Below, piece by piece: positions 24,301 through 37,242 of a DNA stretch of 46,498 bases. The stretch lies in NCBI GenBank assembly GCA_001655205.1, contig LPNZ01003347.1, positions 1-46,498 on the forward strand, written 5' to 3'. Position numbers and translations under genes: made by a program. Below the pieces are notes generated by a model, which was not told where the DNA came from, did not search any database, and worked only from the letters and a program-made list of their open reading frames with translations. The number at the start of each line of letters is the position of its first letter. The first letter of the stretch is position 1. The DNA comes from Lenisia limosa. Taxonomy: Eukaryota; Protista; Breviatea.

Positions 24301-27300
24301 CACAGCAGCTGGTGGAGGACGGAGAGTGGTACGTGCCACCCCCATGTTCGCGGGGTCTCTTCACTAGTGTTTTTGCTCTAGAGCGAATATGCATGTAGTT
24401 GCCTTGGGTTATCAGTACTAACGATACAGACATTGCGGATGACTCTGTTGATGAGGTTCAAAAAGAACTGTAAGTTGATGTGCTAATTGTGTTTTTTGTA
24501 ATGTTTCCTCACTCTTCACATGAATGTCCTCCTCACACTCCCCACCCCCAGATCATCTGAGATCAAACTGAGAGCCCATCGTCGCGTTCTCTCCAATGAG
24601 GATGCAAAGGAGTGGGAGGACCTTTTGGCCTATGTCTCAATGGAGCGCGAGAGCGTACAGCGCTGTATGGGATTCGCTTTGGACAACGCCGAGTATTCAG
24701 AAGATGTAGGCGGAAGTAACTTCTGGACCTTGCAAACTGCCGAAAGAAACCAGGCTTGCTGAATCTTTTTGATTGACTCTCACTTGGTTATGACAAAACT
24801 AGGTGGTTGATGTGCTGATTGAGTCTCTCTGCCTCCCCGAAACATCTCTTCCCCCCAAGGTAAGGATGTGCTTTATATTCTGGTAGTTTTTTTTTTTGAA
24901 AAAAACCATGATGTGTTGACGCACTCTTTAGCTGGCTCGCCTCTACGTTCTCAATGATATACTCTTCAACACATCCTCCATTGCTAAGAATGCCCACAGC
25001 TACCGTACCCTGTATGCCGGGCTGCTTGCTGTCTTTTAGGCACTTGTTCTTCTTTCCTATTCCTCGTTCATGTCTATNNNNNNNNNNNNNNNNNNNNNNN
25101 NNNNNNNNNNNNNNNNNNNNNNNNNNNNNNNNNNNNNNNNNNNNNNNNNNNNNNNNNNNNNNNNNNNNNNNNNNNNNNNNNNNNNNNNNNNNNNTCCTCC
25201 AGAATCCGAGCTTCCAGTGTGACAAGACGGGTTTCTGGTGGGCTGGATGTAATGTGATCGGAGACATACTGGTCAAAAATCTCGAATTACTAACTCTATT
25301 GTAGAGGTGATCAAGTGCTGGGACAATTGGAGCCTTTTCCCAAGCTTTATCATTGAAGACCTCAAGTGAGCCTTTTATTTTCGACCGAAGTGAATACCAT
25401 GGTGTTCTTTAGAACATCCGCCATCATATTTTTCCGTCGTTCACCTTCCTTACTCCCCTCCCCAGTACGGCGTTGAATGCCAAACGTGAGGAAATTGAAG
25501 AGGCGCAGCAGAAGATCATTGAAGAGGAAAGCGTTTGGTCAATGTCAAAGAGGAAAAAGATGGAAAGAAAGAAGGTGGGACTCAATTCTTTATAATGAGT
25601 TATTTAAAATGAGTGATTTCGGGCTAACTCCCAAGGCTGAAGAAGCTCAGAAAGCCCTGACGGATGAGGTAATGAAATCGAACCAGTTGACAGCACTTCT
25701 CACACCCCCTGGTTCTCCGAGCAGTGAAGGTATGTTTCTAGCCTTTTTATTTCTCTTTTTTTCTTTTTTGGGTTATTTATTAGTGATTGCAAGTCTAGTA
25801 TCTTGTTTTTGTATTTCTGATATTTTTTCCTCCTTTCCATTATTCATGTGATTCTGACTTTTAGCTCTCACCCCACCCCCCACACCCCCGGGTAACCTAA
25901 CCTTCACGGACATTGAAACGCCGGTAAATGAGAAGGTTGTCGGCCTGTCCATGCCCCCCATGCCTAGCGCTTCCAATGGTAGGGGGGTTATCTATCTGAA
26001 GTTTTCCTTAACAGTGCTCTTGGTATTGTCAGATTAAGCCTTCATTCAAAATCCAACCTTATACTTGAGATGCTATGCCTGGAGCTACCCTAGCTGACCC
26101 GAGTCCTCTGGCTGGAACCACACCCTCAGGTACTTTCAATTTCTCTATTATGCAAATGTAGCACTGTCGAAATGTTATCTATTACATGCCAGTATGAAGA
26201 GATGTAAACAAAAATAATATCTTCCAGATATACCTGGTTCTACCCCAATGCCCGGTTCTACCCCAATGCCCGGTTCCTCCGCCATGCCCGGTTCCTTCGC
26301 CATGCCCGGTTCCTCCGTTATGCCCGGTTCCTCCGCCATGCCCGGTTCCTCCGTTATGCCCGGTTCCTCCGCCATGCCCGGTTCTACAACTATGCCCGGT
26401 TCTACAACTATGCCCGGTTCTACCCCAGGTAGGATCCTTTCAAATGCATATTCAGCTCTTTTCTGTTGAGTTGGTGTGCTATTTCTGTTGAGTTGATGTG
26501 TTCTTGGATTGTTAACCCACCCCCGTTGAACTGGACTGATCCAATTAGACATGCCTGCTCCTTTTGCTACTCCACAATTCTACCCCCAGCCCCCTATCCT
26601 CCCAACACCTGCTCAGCAGAGTAGGATGGATTTGGCTTTCAAGGGCTTTAATCTATGAGTGCTCTCCGTTTAAACCATGTTATATATGTACGTTGTATGA
26701 TTAATTCATTGGTGTAATGAGAAGTGGTATGGACTTTTTTTTAACCGAATTAGTCCCACACAATCAACCCATGGTCTTACAAAAACAAAGCGTGAGGGGA
26801 TGGATGAGTGTTGTTATTGTTGCTTTAAATGATATTTGTGTATTTTTCAGTACATGCTTTTGAGATGACGTTTCAGGCAAAGGAAGAGAAGGACATGGCT
26901 GCCTTGTCCGCCTCCCTTGCACAGGATAAGGCCAAGCTATTGGTAGGCAATCACCCATCTATGTTGATTTTCGTTTCAAAAATTATGATATGCTATTTTT
27001 CTTTGGCTTTACTGTCACTAATTTTTTGCTTACTGACACTTTCAGAAAACGCTTCAAGGCTAATGAGTTCCTTTAGATTTTTTCTAGTTCTTGCTGTATA
27101 TTATGTTGTCGTGATAGAAGTCAATTTACACACCCAGTCAACATTGAGTATTGTTTGTTGTTATTTGATAGTTGTATGGGCTAATCCTTATGGCTAATTA
27201 CTTGCTCACGTGCAACTGCCGTTTTTAGTTGTTTGGCTTTCGGTGCAAGTCTGATATCTTGGGGCCGTTTTTATGTTTTAATATGATTTTACAAGTCCCA

Positions 27301-27422
27301 AACCATGAATGTGAAATGATATGTATGCAGACTTCTTGGTTTGCTGCTTTGCTGCTTTTTTGGCAGAGGCTTCGAGCTTGCTGGGCAGGACAATAAACAA
27401 TTTTATGGCGCAGGCGCAATAA
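21301..27422 (+). CDS. U2SURP: U2 snRNP-associated SURP domain protein (SR140): RRM, SURP and CID (3' end approximate)
   Basis: KRNIDSFLEELK; RRM NLYVGNLS..VTEDDLSDVFSRYGPINSVK..RNCGFVSF; SURP ALIDRMVRLVLRYGKEFE..NPDFDFL..YYR; LSNEDAKEWEDLL..MERESVQRCMGFALDNAE; CID LARLYVLNDILFN..VIKCWDNWSLFP. Confidence 0.9.
22387..22571. repeat. 37-bp minisatellite, 5 copies, duplicating an exon end plus 5' splice site of U2SURP
   Basis: ATAAGGATTCCCACTCCAGCAGGTTGGAATGGTACAT begins at 22387, 22424, 22461, 22498 and 22535. There are no spacers. Confidence 0.95.
26233..26428 (+). repeat. 18-bp coding tandem repeat (~11 copies) forming one exon that encodes PGS(T/S/F)xM hexapeptides
   Basis: (ATG)CCCGGTTC(C/T)-type unit, flanked by CTTCCAG and GTAGGA, open on the + strand: PGSTPMPGSTPMPGSSAM...PGSTPG. 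Confidence 0.9.
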
Positions 27423-27667
27423 CCACCTTCTCTTACGCAAATTCTTCCCAGTAGCTCTGGGTCAATCCGGCCCGTGTTACTTTTTGCCCGGGCTCCCTAA
27501 AGGGTAGTCCGGGCCACGGGAACGCAAAATCTGTTTTTTTTCAGACCCTTGCCACAACTCTTCCTGTTCCCTCCACTCGCTATTTTATTCTTATTTTTGC
27601 TTCTCCATTTTAAAAAAACTTAATTGAGCGGCTTTCCTTTTACAGACTTACATTTCTCTCTGATACA

Positions 27668-28860
27668 ATGAAGATCGTCTCTCCTAATGTTACTCTGGTT
27701 GTCAATGAGCTGTAGTGCTGTTTTACTCAAAGCCAGAGCAGTAAGCATCATATATTTGTTTTATTTTCTTCAGGGTGTGACGATACATGCGGACGTTGAC
27801 GAAGATGGCATTTCTATCATTTCCGATAGTGAGTTGGCTGCTGGGTTTGAGTGAATATATGAAGACCTCATCTCCTCATATTGGTCCATTCACACCCACG
27901 CAGTACTATCATCACCAGAGAATCATCCCCATAAATCAAATCTCCTGAGGAATGATCAGAAGATTAATTAATGGGGATGGTTCTTGAATCCTGAGTACTA
28001 TGTAGCTCTCTTGACTATCAAGTCTTCGCTCCGATGATGTTGACGTTTTTTGAGGACTTGGAGGATATGAACATTGAGCCACATGAACTGGAAGAGCCCA
28101 ATGTGGCCACACCAGCCATGTCCAAAGCCGGTTTCAACTTGGAAGGTTTTTTGTTGCCCTAACCTACATGACAATGCTGCTGTAACATCCGTGTACGAAG
28201 AGCGACTTTCCATTTACCACCACCAAGGTCATCCCCGCTCTAAAGAAACAAAAACTAACACGATCTCTTTGTAATCAAGAAATATCAACATTCATATTCC
28301 ACGTTTAATTTCAATAGATGTCATTGGCCTTTTCTGTCAGGGACAGTATTCTATCTGGGTTCACCTTGGTATGCTGGATTGGGTGAACTTGATATATTTC
28401 CAAACCTATTCCAAGGGATGTACAGGGTGGTCATTTATTTCGTTCAAATGCTTTTAACTCAGAAAACTCTGGAGGGAACATACTATGATATTATATACTA
28501 GCACCTCAAAGCGAAATCTTTTGGATAACTGGGATATCACCCTCTTCTTTGGTGCTCTTCAAAAATCGGCTCAATATCTCTTTCGAGCTGAAGATTGATT
28601 TCACAGGTGCAACGTGTAACTCAGTGGAGGGAGACTCAAAATGCTTCACTGGAGTGTTTCCAAAGTAGGCTTGGAAATCATTTGCTTGTTTGTACTAAAT
28701 GATATACTATATCCTGCTGATTGTTTAGGTGTATACTTAAAACGGCTATGGAGGAGAAATTCCGCTCTATATTTCTTGTTCAGCCGATGGTAATTATGTC
28801 AATTTCTCGGAAATAGAGCGTTTGTTTTATGCAGTCCCCTCACCTTTTAGTGTCACAGCA
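27668..28860 (+). CDS. Hypothetical multi-exon protein
   Basis: Exon-like blocks with GT/AG borders: MKIVSPNVTLVVNEL, VTIHADVDEDGISIISD, SLDYQVFAPMMLTFFEDLED..., DVIGLFCQGQYSIWVHL, VEGDSKCFTGVFPK, ILKTAMEEKFRSIFLVQPM. No family recognised; 3' end approximate. Confidence 0.45.
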
Positions 28861-29103
28861 TCCCCTCTTCCTGGTTTAATGTCAATGTAGTTTATTTGTA
28901 TTTAAATTCTTCACTCCTATTCATTAGAGACGCTAAATTTTGGAATAGCATATCATATATGGTGATGTTGGGTAATATTATCATATTATAGTACAGCTCT
29001 CCCACAAAAATCACATTACAGTTTACAATCTAATCAGGGGAGGGGGACTCAAATGATGAACCATTTATTTCTAATATACATTTTAACATTCAACACTTCC
29101 CTC

Positions 29104-30470
29104 CTAAGAAAACAACCCAAATTTATCCATACCCATTGTGACCAGACTAAGCTGGATATGCACTTTGCCGCTTGAAACTGTTCGTAGACGAGGGAACCTG
29201 CTGTGTTACCGCGTCTAATAACAGTTTTGTGTTACTAATCATTAACAAAGACAAAAACTGGCTGAAGCAGTCTAAATAATCACCTTGCTATGTTAAATGG
29301 AATATTTCATACGATACTATATTATTATATAATCCACATTCATTGTCGCACAAATCTCGGAAGGTGTCCAAAGTAATGTGAAGAGGAAATGGAAAGAAGA
29401 CTTAAATAAAAAGAAGAGGCTCATCCTTGGACAACAGAAAATAGTTACAATATTAGTCCACAAAGCCTATCAAAAAAAATCACCCGTGATTCCTGATAAA
29501 ATGTGCTGGTACCCTGTAGGTTCGACTGACCTGTCAGCAGGAGAGACGACAAGATCTTCGTTCCGCAACTGTGGATGCCCCCCCAGGAAAAACGCTATAT
29601 AAATTAGCGGATTGATATAAATAGAAATCAAATTGATGATAAAAAGGAGTAAACTGGAGAAAGGTGTGCTTCATAGACAAACAGTTAGGAATAAGCCCGT
29701 ACCCCACCTGAGACCTCCTCCATCAAGGAGCCTTGAGGCCGCCATGTTGGACACTCGAGTTCGTACATTCCCGGCGCCATTGGAACGTGCACCGAACCAT
29801 AGCCGGCTGGGAGGTCAGAGGAGGCCTTCCCATGGTCTAAAATAAAAGGTCTACTCTTGATATTTGCACGATTTATCGAGATATTTGTCTTGTGCTGGCT
29901 GTGAATACAAGCAATACAGCCGCTTTTGTGAATAACAAACACAATATTAAGCAGTACACTTCACAATATAAGCCAGGCCAACCCAGATCGTTACGTCCAT
30001 ACTGGTCCTGCGAAAAGACCTGAACGTAAAACCGAGGCCAGTCGGAGAGCCCCTTTGTCGAGAAATGAACATCCACAGGGTGACTCCAAACTGCGAACTC
30101 GTGGTCCTGTGTGGTCATCACTGCGTTAAAAACTTCAGGGCAAATGATATTTTTCGAGCTTGAAAAAATACTCCTATTTTCTATTTAACCAGTGTAGTAC
30201 ACTTGCTAATACGCTACAAAAAACAATGCAATAAAAGAAAAACAATGGCACCATTACAAACAAATGTAGAAAGTCTCCAAGATTAAAACACCCAAGAAAT
30301 AACCAAACAACACGACGCACCTCAGGCCAGTCCACTTGCGTCTGGCCGCGGTCGTAGCCCTCAATCTTGTCCCAACCGTTACCCGTGACAATGCCCCAAC
30401 GGCAAAAGAGGTTGTTGTTTGAGAAGTCGCTTCCTCCCACAACTTGCCCCACAATGTGAACTTCTGCCAT
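29104..30470 (-). CDS. B9D2: B9 domain-containing protein 2 (ciliary transition zone), 5 exons
   Basis: [123 protein letters not shown]. All introns are GT-AG. Confidence 0.95.
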
Positions 30471-30880
30471 CTTCAAGAAGAATCTGGCTTAGCGCACAGC
30501 AAAGGAGACTATGAGGGGTTTTCACTGATATCAACAACAATTGGCTTCACACAGATCAAGAATAGTATGGCCCTCAGAACAGTTCCTTTCAAGCAATTTT
30601 CCAGCTATTCAATCCTTTTTGTTTTTCTTTCTAAGTCTAATATTATTATAGCACTACCAAAATAGAAAAGGTAGAAGAAAGGGGACCACCAGCGAAAGCG
30701 GCGCCTTTTTAACTTGGGCGACCGCAACCTTGCTTTTCTTACATATTTCGCCTTTCTGCCACTCTTTCATGTGCTCTTTTATTGATAATTATACTATATT
30801 ATTATTTCAATAAACCTGGTGTTTGTACAAGAAGTTGCCCGGAGTTTTGCCGATTTTGAGTTCGCTCTGCTCGCAATGAG

Positions 30881-33800
30881 ATGACAGAAATGGAACCAGA
30901 GAACCAAGACCCGCGATTGGCTGCGTTTAGATTTCTTCTTTCCGGTTAGTGAGTGTTAAAATGAAAGAAGAATGAGAACCTCCTCCTTCACCCCTCATTA
31001 GACCCCGACCAAACGCTCCGTTTCTATCGAGACGGTCTTGGCTTGAAGCTATGTAGTCGCTGGAGGGAGCCTCCCCTTCAAGGCTTTTCGTTCTGCCATT
31101 TCATGGAACATGGGGCTAGGCCAATTAAAAAAGGAGTAGGAGGGCTTTGCTTGAAGAAAAGAGAGATATGATACCAAAAGGTAATGATATTGTTTAGATT
31201 GAGGCTGAACCAGAGACCCTTGACAACAACATAGCCCCGAACTCCTCCGTGGCGAATCTTCCTGAAAACTACGAGTTGGTCACGAACGTCTCGTCAAGCC
31301 TTAAGGAAGGTTTGCCCATAATACAGTGTCTGTTATGATTGTCTTCCGGGGAAACTCCGTTATCCTTGTGAGTGACAGTTGACAGGTCTGGCCATTGTGG
31401 AGGATGACGCAGAGGTTGAGGTCGAGCCAATTCTGCTTGAGTTTATCATGGATGAGGTTGGTTTGGATTCATTGATCAGAATCATAGATTTCTGTCATCG
31501 CTTCAGAGTAGACAGACAATTTTACCAGCACCCCGGGCAGGCGATAGAGTTTCTATCAACTTTTTTGTTCGAGACATAAAGGAAGCAGCGCAAAACCTTG
31601 GGGCTCTAGACTTCTTCCCGGTGTTTGAACCAATTGTAAGGGACCTGTTTTTCATCATGGTGTAGGAAGTCTACAAGCAGATTGTTGTGTCCTATATTGA
31701 TCCCAATGGAATCAAAGTGAATTTGACTTATGTGCCTCGTAAGCCTGACCCTCTCTTCTCACATTTCAGCTGCGCTTCTTATACCAGATCCACCTGGGGG
31801 TGTCATTAAACAATCTGACTGGGAAAGCGCTATCATACCCGTTTGTGGCTCCCATTCTTTATGTGAATTGTGAAACTGACTGACAAACCAGTGGCAAACC
31901 CGGTTTGCAGATGTCACCCTTCTGTGCCGACAAGCTGACCGAACCACTTCTTTCCTTTTAAGCTGCCTCACAAACAGGTCCATGCCTCTTGGTTTGATGT
32001 TATTGCTTACTCAGATGAAACTGTCTTGGGTGCTGATATTGCCTTTACAATGGCCAACACAAACGAACGTAGAATCCCACAGAGTATTAGCATGGCTACG
32101 TAAGCTGAATGAATCTACATTTTCTTGACAGGTCCATTTTTGCACTTAGTAGTAGTCTGAACGCTATAATCCACTCTCACCACCCGCAGAGCCCCATCAG
32201 CAGTGTCAGAAACTGAGCCGAACGGAGTGGCCTCGATGGAGCAAATGATCAATGACATGGCCAATGCTGATGATGAACTGCCTCCGGGGTCACTCCGAGT
32301 TGTCGATTCAGACGTCTTCCCAACAGGTTTTCTCACGTTAATAATCTGCGCGGAGCTCAATGAATTGGATTGGCAATGGGCAAAGAGACACACACTCTGT
32401 TTTGTGTCTCCATGAGCGTTTGCACAATGAACCAGACCCGGAGTCTCGAGTTTTGCTTAACATTGGTGAGCCGCTGTGATCTGTTGTAGCGCCTCTGATG
32501 GGGAAACCACTGATGACATAGTGTTTGAAACGACCCTCCCACTTAATCAGATTCTCTCCAATGCTCTGACGGACACTGACGCATCTGTTACCGTCAGCAG
32601 AGACCAAAGAGGTCCATGGGTGTTTGATATCCTCTTGTTTTCGAAGAGTTATTTTGAATCGAGGAAAAGTGTTTTTTTTTTTGTTTCATCTCACCCTTTC
32701 TCATTTTATTTAGGTCGATACCAACCTGGTATTACTCTTGAAGATCCAGACTCCAATATGATTTGTGTTTTTACAAAAGAGGTTTGAACTGTTCTCATTT
32801 GTAAAAATTTCAGGTTACCGAGGAAACAAAATCGTTCACTGAAGAGGTAGAGAGTACCTCATCGCCCTCTACTCCTGTGGTATCGGGGCTATTTTTCATG
32901 TCTTTCTTGGCTTCACTTTGGAAATAACCTTTATCAATATCAAGAGTTTTTTCAAACCTTTTAGTCATGAAAAACTATACTGACTCCACAGAACCTCAAA
33001 GACAATCAAACAGACAAACTCCGAAGTTTCATCCAAAGATCTTCGTCACTCTCTAAATTACACACGGTTGGTAGCAATGGGACTGTGTGGAGCCTGATAC
33101 AATCTTTTAAAAATTCTTATTCCTCATAGTATTCTATCATATCCTGCGTTTCAGGATTCTTGGGATTATTATAGTGAGATTTCTTATTGCTTCAGGATAA
33201 GGCACAGAATTTAACGCAATTGGCTATTCAAACCACGATGAAGGGATCACGAGGATTGCCAAGAGTAGGATCACTTTTCTCAACTATTCTTTTCACTGTT
33301 TAGAGCTCATCATTTTCCAAAATTGACTGTAAGAGCCTTTTCAAACTTATTATCTTTAGTTTCTATAAGTAGTGCAAAACCAGCAAGTCCTACTAAGGTA
33401 AGCTCTCTCATCATATTATTATTATACACGAATCAAAGCTTCATTTGTTTGTATTTTTGCCATTAATGTCTCAAAGATTACACTTTTATCTTTGTTGATT
33501 TGTTAAAGCAAAATTGGAAAAGTCAACATTTTTTGGATAATGAAAAAGAATGAGGATTGCGGAAGGTCATTCATGCCAACAACATTGTGGATATAAGCAA
33601 CAGCACACTTTAGGAACTCAAGATCGGGGGCCTTAATAGCATTGCGGGCAGTTGGCTGGGGATTTTCATGGGGAAGTATATTGGTTTTTCTGCACAAAAT
33701 TGGTAACAAGGTTGTAAGTCAACTGAGGCATAAGTACCTGACTCTTCCAATATCGCTTTCAATAATTATCCTTTTCCATTTTCATGTTTTCTCTTTTTTT

Positions 33801-34395
33801 GAAATTTCTCATCTTTCTCTAAATATATTATATACTTTCCCAATTCAGTAATGCCCCGTTTCTTTATTTGGATTTATATTGTTGTTTTTTATTTAGCATA
33901 AACCACTCTAGCAACACGCTGTGGAATCTGTGAGCCTCTACCAGGATGAAGAAATTGATATGGGGGTGGTTCGAGACGAAGACCCCTTAAACGACATGCT
34001 GTTGCAACGCACAATGGCAATTTCAGCCGTTGCTGCTCAGATGGAGGGTTTGCTACTCTGTTCTAATATCTAATAAATATAGTAGAAGGTGACGAGGAGT
34101 TTGGACTTGGACAGGACCACAGTCAAATGGCAAGTGTCATGATATCAGATGACACTCCTTCCAGGACCTTCGACTATGGAGGGTGAGCCTTGGTTCTTGC
34201 TTCTTGATTATCCCTGTGTAAAGCGAAACACCCCTTTTATTTGAAATCAAATTGGTTTTGTTTCGTATTGATAAGGGGGTTTTTTACAACAAAGCAATTA
34301 TTGATGGTAGTTCTCACCCACCCAGTTTTGCCAGTATGACAGCTTCAACACGAGCAACAAGAGGCAACAATATTGTTGAACAGGATGCTGGTTGA
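30881..34395 (+). CDS. Tandem VOC/glyoxalase-fold protein with a long low-complexity C-terminal tail
   Basis: DPDQTLRFYRDGLGLKL (VOC beta1-alpha1), LEFIMDEVDIKEAAQNL, YIDPNGIKVNL and a second LEDPDSNMICVF motif. Confidence 0.6.
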
Positions 34396-34486
34396 AAGCC
34401 AGAACCACTCGATTTGAAAACTGACCCCATTATCACCAATTGTGATGAACCACTTCCCCAAATGGACCATGTTATTAATATTGTAT

Positions 34487-36781
34487 TTAAAGGTTGAAAT
34501 GAATTGATTCAGAAACTAAAGAAATGGAAGAGAAAAGGGACCATGAAACACACAAAATCCAGGCAATGAATCCAATTACTGCCTGAATTGTTTTTTGAGG
34601 GGCTATGACAAACAAGGGGCCAGAGGAAACAGGAGCACTCTGCAAATGGTCAGTTATCTTGCTGAGATAACAATACTCCATAATGATGATACATGATCAT
34701 AGCAGATGTTAGACTACCTGTTATCAATACTTTTCCGGAACCCACAGGTAACAAGTCAAACGACACGCCTCCAACGGACTTCAAGAAAAGCGCAAGATAG
34801 CCAGCAATCAAGGCCGGGCCCAAGTACTGTAATGTCAAACATAAACGCTCCGACAGCCTGACGTCGGATTGGCTTTTAGATTATTTCTTATGCTTCCATA
34901 CCCAACTCAGAGTCTGTAATATCATCTTAACTGATATGTCATCGAGTCAATTTAAATTCTAGCAGAATGAAATAAAATGCATTTAAACAAGATAATAGTG
35001 TTTTCTTCAACACTGACAAACCTGCATTGCAATAATGGGCAGCATAAGTACCAGATTGGCAAGCTAGATGATGATTTCAGATAAAGTACAGCTTATTCCA
35101 TCCAGCGAAAAAAATTGAGAAGAAATTTGTCCACTCACTTTATTGGAGATAGTCTTTGGAGACTCTTCATCTTGTTTCATTTGCTCCAAATGCGATTTAG
35201 CTGAATTCAAATATAACTGCATGAATTCTAAATAAAAACTTGCAACTGAATCTTTAAAACAGAAAGCCGAGAAAGAGCCAGAAGCAACAATGATCCGATA
35301 AAGATCTGAAGGGACTGGAAAGAGTCCAGGCTGAATAAGGGGGAAAAGAATACTGAATTCCAATAAATGAAGCAAAATAAGAATTAATTGGATGAACATA
35401 GACTGCTGAAGCAAGGATGGGTGTCATGAAGTCCAAAAGAGAAACAAGTTTCCTGGTTAAGATTTTGACGCAACTTGGAAAGAGAAACTGTTGAGTCACT
35501 AAGGGACATTTGAAGAAGACGTCCCTGTCTCATGGCAGGAATGAAAGTGAGGGACGAAGTGAAGCAAGCCATAAAGGCCAAAAACACGGGATATAAACTG
35601 ACACCAGAAAACATTGCTGCAAACTCCCTTGAAAAGTAAAAGTGCACGTGTTAATAGTTGATGAGAAAATTTTCATGATGCTATTATATCAAGATCCTTT
35701 GCTAATTATCAAAAGTTACAATCTGAGAAGCATAGAAAAGTGGCAGAAGCAAATATAGTCCATCCATTGTTGATTTAAGGAGGTTACTAGTTAAATGACT
35801 AATATATTCTTCAATAATACAATCAAATACTCTACCATTATGATGAAGCCCTGATACATTCTTCTATAATACAACCAAATACTCTACCATTATGATGAAG
35901 CCCAGCAAACAATAAAGCAGAAGCGCTCTGTTCAGTCTCTTGAAGTGCAAAAGACCGCATCAAAGAGGCTTGAAGTGACGTTGAAAACCCGATCAGCTCT
36001 GCAAGATAAGTAAGAAATTCTTTACTGTAAAGACCCAATAAAGGATTCTTCCATGCTTCAAACTATCTCACCTTGGTCCAAATTGCTTAAATCAAGTAAC
36101 CACAAAGTTAGTAAGGATAAAATACTGGAAAGAAGGAGAATGAGTAGAATGAAAACAGAGCAAAGAAGACTCCAATAAACGCGGTTGCTATAAGGTATAG
36201 TTGAGATTGAGCAAAATGCTTCCAAGCAAAGAACACAGAAAACCTACAATATCAAAGAAAATATGGCTTACAGTGCATGGATAGAAACTGCAAGAGGTAC
36301 ATAGTAACCAGGGTGATTTGGTGTATAAAAGAAAACATTCCACAATTCAGCAATAACAAAACAAATAACCGCTGGTAAGAACCAAATCAAAAACCGTAGC
36401 AACATTCAGTTAAAAGAGTGGAGAAAGTTTGATAGTCATCGAAACGTATCACTGAGTCTTCGTCGAGCTTGAGATAGTCAACAACGACTACTTTGTTACC
36501 TTGACTGTGACAAAATTTTCGTCTTTGAGTTGGCTAGCGCAGTTCTTCTTTTGCTTTAACTGGTGATGTCGACGCTCCTTTCGTGGCAGATTTCTTGTCA
36601 AAAAAAACACAAACTGAGAATTGGAGACTAAGTAGTCTTGCTGCAAAATGCTTTCATGGTTTTTATGCAAAAGGCAAGAAAGATTATTGAGAATTTGTAA
36701 AGAGAGTAGCTGCAGGACCTTTGTTCGATAGAGAACAAAGCATGGCAGAACAATACTCAGGATGGAAGGCGGGATAAGCAT
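34487..36781 (-). CDS. TMEM161: TMEM161-family multi-pass membrane protein
   Basis: FLAFMACFTSSLTFIPAMRQG (cf. FLTFPGLRLA), LLDFMTPILASAVYVHPI, RLSVLKIQLQLYLNSAK (cf. RLAMMRSHLQAYLNLA), MQYLGPALIAGYLALFLKSVGG (cf. LQYLTPLILTLNCTLLLKTLGG), and C-terminal AVIGFIAWILC. Confidence 0.85.
36103..36125 (-). other. Candidate 23-nt GT-TG intron in TMEM161
   Basis: GTATTTTATCCTTACTAACTTTG carries a TACTAAC branch-like motif and an in-frame TAA. A canonical alternative with a 14-nt micro-exon exists but fits family homology less well. Confidence 0.5.
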
Positions 36782-37242
36782 GTTTTCTCCTTCCCTATTG
36801 ATAATAAAACAAGTTCAACTCCCCTACTATCAGTAGACTTTTCTTGAAGAGTTAATTAGAGGGGGGGGTGAAGTGTGCCCCTGTCGCGGCAAGTGGGTAG
36901 GAGGGGGTACTAGAAGAAGAAAAAAAGGGGGAAAGGACAAAAGAGAGAGAGGAAGCAAGTGAAGCAAGCAAGAGCAAAAGGGGGAAAGACTGATCTATGA
37001 TCTATTTGCTATTGGTCACCTCGTTCCAGCCTCGTTCCCCTCCTCTTGTTTCCTTTCTAATTGTTGTTGTGTGCGAGTTGTGTGGAGGTTGTGTGCACGT
37101 GTTACCCAGAAAGCAGGAGCTTCACAGAACGGACCCCCCAGTCGGATAGAGTCAGACGACTGACTTCGTGGGTTGGCTGACAAGTGATAATAGAATAATA
37201 GACAACATATATATCTAATTTGATCTATTCTGGTCATTTATC

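Noticed and set aside
26175-26552. Minus-strand EPGxxx repeat ORF
   Set aside because: It is the antisense shadow of the 18-bp repeat; the splice signals and host gene are on the + strand.
30881-30950. CABLES-like N-terminus (RLAAFRFLLS)
   Set aside because: No cyclin-like C-terminal domain follows; the downstream exons are VOC-like.
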